Below are positions 45,099 through 48,692 of a DNA stretch of 48,692 nucleotides, piece by piece (the stretch's first letter is position 1; each line of letters opens with the position of its first letter). The notes under the pieces were generated by a model that was given only the letters and a program-made list of their open reading frames with translations, was not told the origin of the DNA and made no database searches. Made by a program: the position numbers and the translations under genes. This stretch comes from Actinomycetota bacterium (lineage in GTDB: Bacteria; Actinomycetota; Acidimicrobiia; Acidimicrobiales; VFJN01), in contig JBKOUY010000012.1 of the NCBI GenBank assembly GCA_046723645.1, positions 1 to 48,692 of the forward strand, written 5' to 3'.

Positions 45099-46221
45099 CG
45101 CCGGCCCCGCAGCGCCCGCCGCCTTCGGGTGGGTCCACGTCCGGCCGGCCCGACTGGGCGCTCGGCCAACCCGCCCAGATGCCCGGGAAATACGGTCCCG
45201 GCTGCCCTGCCTCCTCGTAGAAGCCGTTGGGGTCGTAGACCTTTGCCTCCGGGTACGGCCACGGGCAGGCGACCGACGTCGCGGCCTTGCTGGCCCGGAT
45301 GACGGCGAACCCGGCGCCGTAGGCGAAGTAGGTGACGTTGACGACGGCGAACATCACCACGAAGGTGCCGAGGGCCGGGCGCGATCGGAAGGCGCGCACC
45401 CGGTGAGCCAGCCTCTCGGCCTGGGTGCGTCCGGTGTCGTCTCGGTAGAGGAGGACGCCCGCGGCGATCATCACCAACGTGACGAGGGCCGACTCCCAGA
45501 TCAGGGGGAACTGGTACCACTCGCCGGCGGCGATGGACCCGAACGGGATCACCTGCGAATAGATGTACAGCTGGGTGCGCACCAGGAAGATCTCGAGGCA
45601 CGCATCGAGCACGAAGCCGATCGCGAGGATCAGCGCCCCCAGGGCGACGAGGGAGTGCCGCGACACGAAGGACCCGGGCGGTCGACGGGCCTGGAGGCGG
45701 CGCAGGATCGCGATGGCCGGGAAGAACGGGGCCATGTAGAAGGTGGCGTAGCCGATCACGATGAAGGGCTCGACGGTGGGCGAGAGCGACACCAGCGGCC
45801 ACGTCTCCGGCCAGTGCCAGAGCTGCGGGTTGTACACCGCGTAGGGCGCCCAGTTCATGATCGGGTCCTGCCAGACCAGCAATGTCGTGGCCAGGACCAT
45901 CAACACGATCGGGTGGCCGGGACGGCGGCGCCACACGACCACGACGGCCGTGACGAGGGCGACCATCATCACGCCCGTCCCGGCTTGGTGGAGCGTCAAC
46001 CAGTCCGAGCGGCCCCAGAGGGGTTCCACTGGGCGGGGCGCGCCCTCGACCGCCGCGTTGGCGATCCGCTCGGCCACGGCGCCGCGGCGCGCGTTTGACG
46101 CGACCGCGATCAGGGCGGCGAGCCCGGCGACCGCGAGGACCGCGGGCGTGATCGCCCGCCAGGGCTTGTGGCCCGAGGGTGGCGCGACCGCGGGCGCAGG
46201 CCGCGTCAGGTCGGTGCTCAC
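45091..46221 (-). CDS. hypothetical polytopic integral membrane protein
   Basis: 376 aa from GTG 46221 (GTGA overlap with upstream stop); >=7 hydrophobic helices, Trp-rich loops 'WHWPETWP', 'YQFPLIWES'. Confidence 0.55.
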   Translation of the reverse strand: MSTDLTRPAPAVAPPSGHKPWRAITPAVLAVAGLAALIAVASNARRGAVAERIANAAVEGAPRPVEPLWGRSDWLTLHQAGTGVMMVALVTAVVVVWRRRPGHPIVLMVLATTLLVWQDPIMNWAPYAVYNPQLWHWPETWPLVSLSPTVEPFIVIGYATFYMAPFFPAIAILRRLQARRPPGSFVSRHSLVALGALILAIGFVLDACLEIFLVRTQLYIYSQVIPFGSIAAGEWYQFPLIWESALVTLVMIAAGVLLYRDDTGRTQAERLAHRVRAFRSRPALGTFVVMFAVVNVTYFAYGAGFAVIRASKAATSVACPWPYPEAKVYDPNGFYEEAGQPGPYFPGIWAGWPSAQSGRPDVDPPEGGGRCGAGGG

Positions 46222-47327
46222 TGCCCGAAGCGGTCGACGAGGTGGCCGGTCTCGCCGTCCGGGTCGAGCCGCCTGGCGACGAGGTAGCCCGCACCCACCC
46301 AGCCGCGGCGTGTCCACTTCCCGAAGGAGAGGCGGGTCCCCGGAGCGCCGGAGGCGGCGGGAAGCAACTTCACCCGCTCCAGCGCCTCCTTTACTCCCCG
46401 CGGCGACAGGGGCCGGGCACCGGCGAACGCGTGGAGCAGCACGGTGGCGATGTCCCGGTTCACGACCGGGACGCAGTACTCCGGCCGCCGCCCGTAGCGC
46501 GCCTCGAACCGGTCGAGGAAACCCTGGCCGACGACGTTGCCCTCGTCGTACTGGTCGATCCCGGTCCAGCCCAGGATGGCGTCCCACATGATGGGGTTGA
46601 TCCAGGCGTTCTGGAACGCCGTGCCCAGGAAGCGGGGCGGGTCCCAGCCGAGCTCCTGGAGCGCCGGGTTGACGAAGACGATGCCGAAGCCGAAGCCGCA
46701 ATGGACGAGCGCCGGCGCGTTCGCCTCGTGCAGCTTGCGCACCGCCTGGCCGATGTCCTGCGCCGTCTGGGGGATCGACTCCTCGGCGACGATGCGGATG
46801 CCCTTCTGCCGGCAGGCGTCCCTGAAATTCGTCAGGTAGCTCTGGCCGACCAGCGACTGTTCCGCGAGCACTCCGACCTCGCTGTGGCCGTCCTTGGCCA
46901 GGAGGTGCGCCCAGAAGATCGGCTCGTCGGTCATCGAGCCCATGGACAGCGCGAATGTCCACTCCCCCAGCCAGTCCTCGGTGCCGGTGACGCTGATCGC
47001 CGGCACGTGAAACCGCTCCTCGATCGCCTCCTTCGTCGGGACGACGTTGTCGGTGATCGCGGGACCGAACACGGCCAGGCAGCCCTCGTCGACGAGCTCG
47101 CCGTAGGCGTCGATGACCGCCTTGACGGTCCCCTTCGGCAGGCCCTCGACCTCGCGGAAGACGATCTCGACCGGCCTGTCGATGATCCCCTGCTGCAGGC
47201 CCTCGTCGAACACGAGCTCGAAGGAACGGGTCAGGTCGTGCCGCATCTCCTTGGGGAAGCCCTCCGGCAAGACGAAGTCGAACAGGTAGCCGAGCTTGAT
47301 CGGTTCTGCGCTGCTCTCGTACGACAC
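46218..47327 (-). CDS. cytoplasmic periplasmic-binding-protein type 1 fold protein (AmiC/LivK-like ligand-binding, no signal peptide)
   Basis: 369 aa 'MSYESSAEPIKLGYLFDFVLPEGF...' LivK/AmiC-like pattern without N-terminal hydrophobic signal. Confidence 0.65.
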   Translation of the reverse strand: MSYESSAEPIKLGYLFDFVLPEGFPKEMRHDLTRSFELVFDEGLQQGIIDRPVEIVFREVEGLPKGTVKAVIDAYGELVDEGCLAVFGPAITDNVVPTKEAIEERFHVPAISVTGTEDWLGEWTFALSMGSMTDEPIFWAHLLAKDGHSEVGVLAEQSLVGQSYLTNFRDACRQKGIRIVAEESIPQTAQDIGQAVRKLHEANAPALVHCGFGFGIVFVNPALQELGWDPPRFLGTAFQNAWINPIMWDAILGWTGIDQYDEGNVVGQGFLDRFEARYGRRPEYCVPVVNRDIATVLLHAFAGARPLSPRGVKEALERVKLLPAASGAPGTRLSFGKWTRRGWVGAGYLVARRLDPDGETGHLVDRFGQ

Positions 47328-47345
47328 GCTCTCCCCCTCCTTCGC

Positions 47346-48143
47346 TCAACCGTCGTGGACCGGCAGGTACGCGTCGATGATCTCGAAGAGGCCGGCGGTG
47401 ACCAGCGGGTCGTCGGTGAGCGGCCCGGCGACGGCGGCCCGGGCGGCCGCCCGCGGGGCAAGGCCCTCGGCGACGAGCCGCCCGGCGGCGATCAACAGGC
47501 GGGTCGACGCCGCCTCCCGGAGGCCCGGGGTCTCGAGGCGACGGATCGCCTGGCCGAGCTGGACCAGCTGCGCCGCCTTCTCGTGGTCGACGCCGGCCTC
47601 GTGCGAGACGATCTTCTCCTCGACTTCCGGCGGCGGAAAGCTCAGCTCGATGGCGACCATGCGCTGGCGCGTCGAGTCCTTCAGGTCCTTGAGCACGCTC
47701 TGGTACCCGGGGTTGTAGGAGACCACCAGGCAGAAGCCGGGGGCGGCGTCGAGGACGACACCGAGGCGGTCGATCGGGAGTTGGCGGCGATGGTCGGCGA
47801 GCGGATGGATCACCACGGTGGTGTCCTGCCGCGCCTCGACGACCTCGTCGAGGTAGCAGATCGCGCCCTCCCGCACGGCGCGAGTCAGCGGGCCGTCGAC
47901 CCATTGGGTCTCGCCCCCGTGGAGGAGGAACCGCCCCACGAGGTCGGCCGTGGTCAGGTCGTCGTGGCACGCCACCGTGATGAGCGGACGGTCGAGGTCG
48001 TGCGCCATCGCCTCGACGAACCGGGTCTTCCCGCAGCCGGTCGGGCCCTTGAGCACCAGTGCCATGCCCTGCTGGAACGCCGCATTGAAGACCTGTTCCT
48101 CGGGACCGACCGGCACGTAGTAGGGCCGTGCGGTTGGGGTCAT
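47346..48143 (-). CDS. CbbQ/NirQ/NorQ/GvpN family AAA+ ATPase (MoxR-type)
   Basis: 'VLKGPTGCGKTRFVEAMA' Walker A variant diagnostic of CbbQ family, 'AICYLDEVVEAR' Walker B, 'VVSYNPGYQS'; 265 aa. Confidence 0.85.
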   Translation of the reverse strand: MTPTARPYYVPVGPEEQVFNAAFQQGMALVLKGPTGCGKTRFVEAMAHDLDRPLITVACHDDLTTADLVGRFLLHGGETQWVDGPLTRAVREGAICYLDEVVEARQDTTVVIHPLADHRRQLPIDRLGVVLDAAPGFCLVVSYNPGYQSVLKDLKDSTRQRMVAIELSFPPPEVEEKIVSHEAGVDHEKAAQLVQLGQAIRRLETPGLREAASTRLLIAAGRLVAEGLAPRAAARAAVAGPLTDDPLVTAGLFEIIDAYLPVHDG

Positions 48144-48692
48144 GACGTCCTCCTCGCGAGCTCGGCGTGCTCCCTCGTGCGCTCCTTGCGCTGGAAGATG
48201 CGGCGCCGGGCCTCGGCGGACCGGAGCGCATCACTGCACAGCGGCCCGATCAGGCGCGGCAGCTGCTCGGGTGCTGACACGGCGGCGTGGGCGGCGGCGC
48301 CGAACACCCGCTCGAGGGCGACCGGCGCCGTGCCGGCACCGACGCTCACGCACAGGCAGCCGAGGCCGCGACGGCGGGCCTCGGCCAGGGCGCGCCGCGC
48401 GTCGGCTTCGCCGTATGCACCCCCATAGCCGTGGTCGTACGCCAACCCGTCCGAGAGGACGAGCAAGAGCCGCCGGGATGTTCCGCCGTGCGCCTCCAAC
48501 ACGGCCGCACCGTGCCGGATCGCCGCACCCAGCCGCGTGTAGGCGCCCGGGACGAGGCCGCAGAGACGGCGGACCACCCGGCTGTCGTACGGGTCGTCGA
48601 AGTCCTTGACCCGGATGATGTGCACGGCTCGTCGCCCGTAGGAGTTGAAGGCGTAGAGCGCCACGCGATCGCCGAGGTCGTGGAGAGCGGTG
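48140..48692 (-). CDS. VWA-domain protein, CbbO/NorD-like C-terminal part (5' end beyond window)
   Basis: 'RRLLLVLSDGLAYDHGYGGAYGEADARRALAEARRRGLGCLCVSVG' C-terminal VWA/MIDAS-region pattern; ATGA overlap with CbbQ-like gene. Confidence 0.6.
   Translation of the reverse strand, partial: TALHDLGDRVALYAFNSYGRRAVHIIRVKDFDDPYDSRVVRRLCGLVPGAYTRLGAAIRHGAAVLEAHGGTSRRLLLVLSDGLAYDHGYGGAYGEADARRALAEARRRGLGCLCVSVGAGTAPVALERVFGAAAHAAVSAPEQLPRLIGPLCSDALRSAEARRRIFQRKERTREHAELARRTS

Noticed and set aside
45091-48234. 1047-aa ORF spanning 3.1 kb on the minus strand
   Set aside because: Only its last ~376 codons (45091-46221) look like a real hydrophobic membrane protein. The upstream ~670 codons are Arg/Pro/Gly-rich low-complexity sequence, typical of an open wrong frame in high-GC DNA. 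They overlap the well-supported CbbQ-family and PBP1-like genes in other frames.

Overview
This is a 48.7-kb high-GC (about 70%) chromosomal segment that is densely coding on both strands, with stop-codon-poor antisense frames throughout. Its gene content and codon bias look actinobacterial, possibly from a deep-branching lineage. All gene calls rest on the supplied ORF translations plus RBS and overlap inspection; no database search was possible.

Gene content, start to end:
- TetR regulator and an LLM oxidoreductase.
- xylA-xylB, convergent with a secreted GH6 cellulase.
- A YacP-like NYN protein followed by a class III nucleotidyl cyclase.
- A Gfo/Idh/MocA oxidoreductase.
- A PadR regulator with a two-gene MacB/FtsX-type ABC exporter.
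- An MBL hydrolase, a small membrane protein, a TetR, an LLM and a SAM methyltransferase.
- An 8.2-kb minus-strand respiratory block, ctaC(caa3)-ctaD-ctaE-ctaF-like-ctaG-like-qcrC-qcrA-qcrB.
- A DUF5996-like gene translationally coupled to a third LLM paralog.
- A Rieske oxygenase alpha subunit behind a polar amino-acid ABC importer.
- A VOC protein and a YcnI/DUF1775-like secreted protein.
- A large flotillin, preceded by an unknown soluble protein and divergent from an ECF sigma factor carrying a SnoaL-like extension.
- YceI and a divergent MarR.
- An SDR gene.
- A split xanthine-dehydrogenase-family molybdoenzyme set (coxM-coxS on plus, coxL on minus, convergent and overlapping).
- A tandem-duplicated TetR regulator and a second SDR.
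- At the right edge, a tightly coupled minus-strand operon whose frame overlaps end in ATGA and GTGA junctions: VWA(CbbO/NorD-like, partial)-CbbQ/NorQ-family AAA+ ATPase-cytoplasmic PBP1(AmiC/LivK-like)-polytopic membrane protein-SDR.

Most novel-looking observations:
- The CbbQ/VWA chaperone pair has non-canonical neighbours and no Rubisco or NOR client nearby.
- A conserved 22-bp motif occurs twice, at both promoters of the cox-like cluster next to the double TetR.
- A perfect 37-bp tandem repeat carries a hairpin that spans an SDR stop codon.
- The combined Bacillus-style caa3 and actinobacterial qcrCAB operon is an unusual arrangement.

No CRISPR array, rRNA or tRNA was detected by eye.
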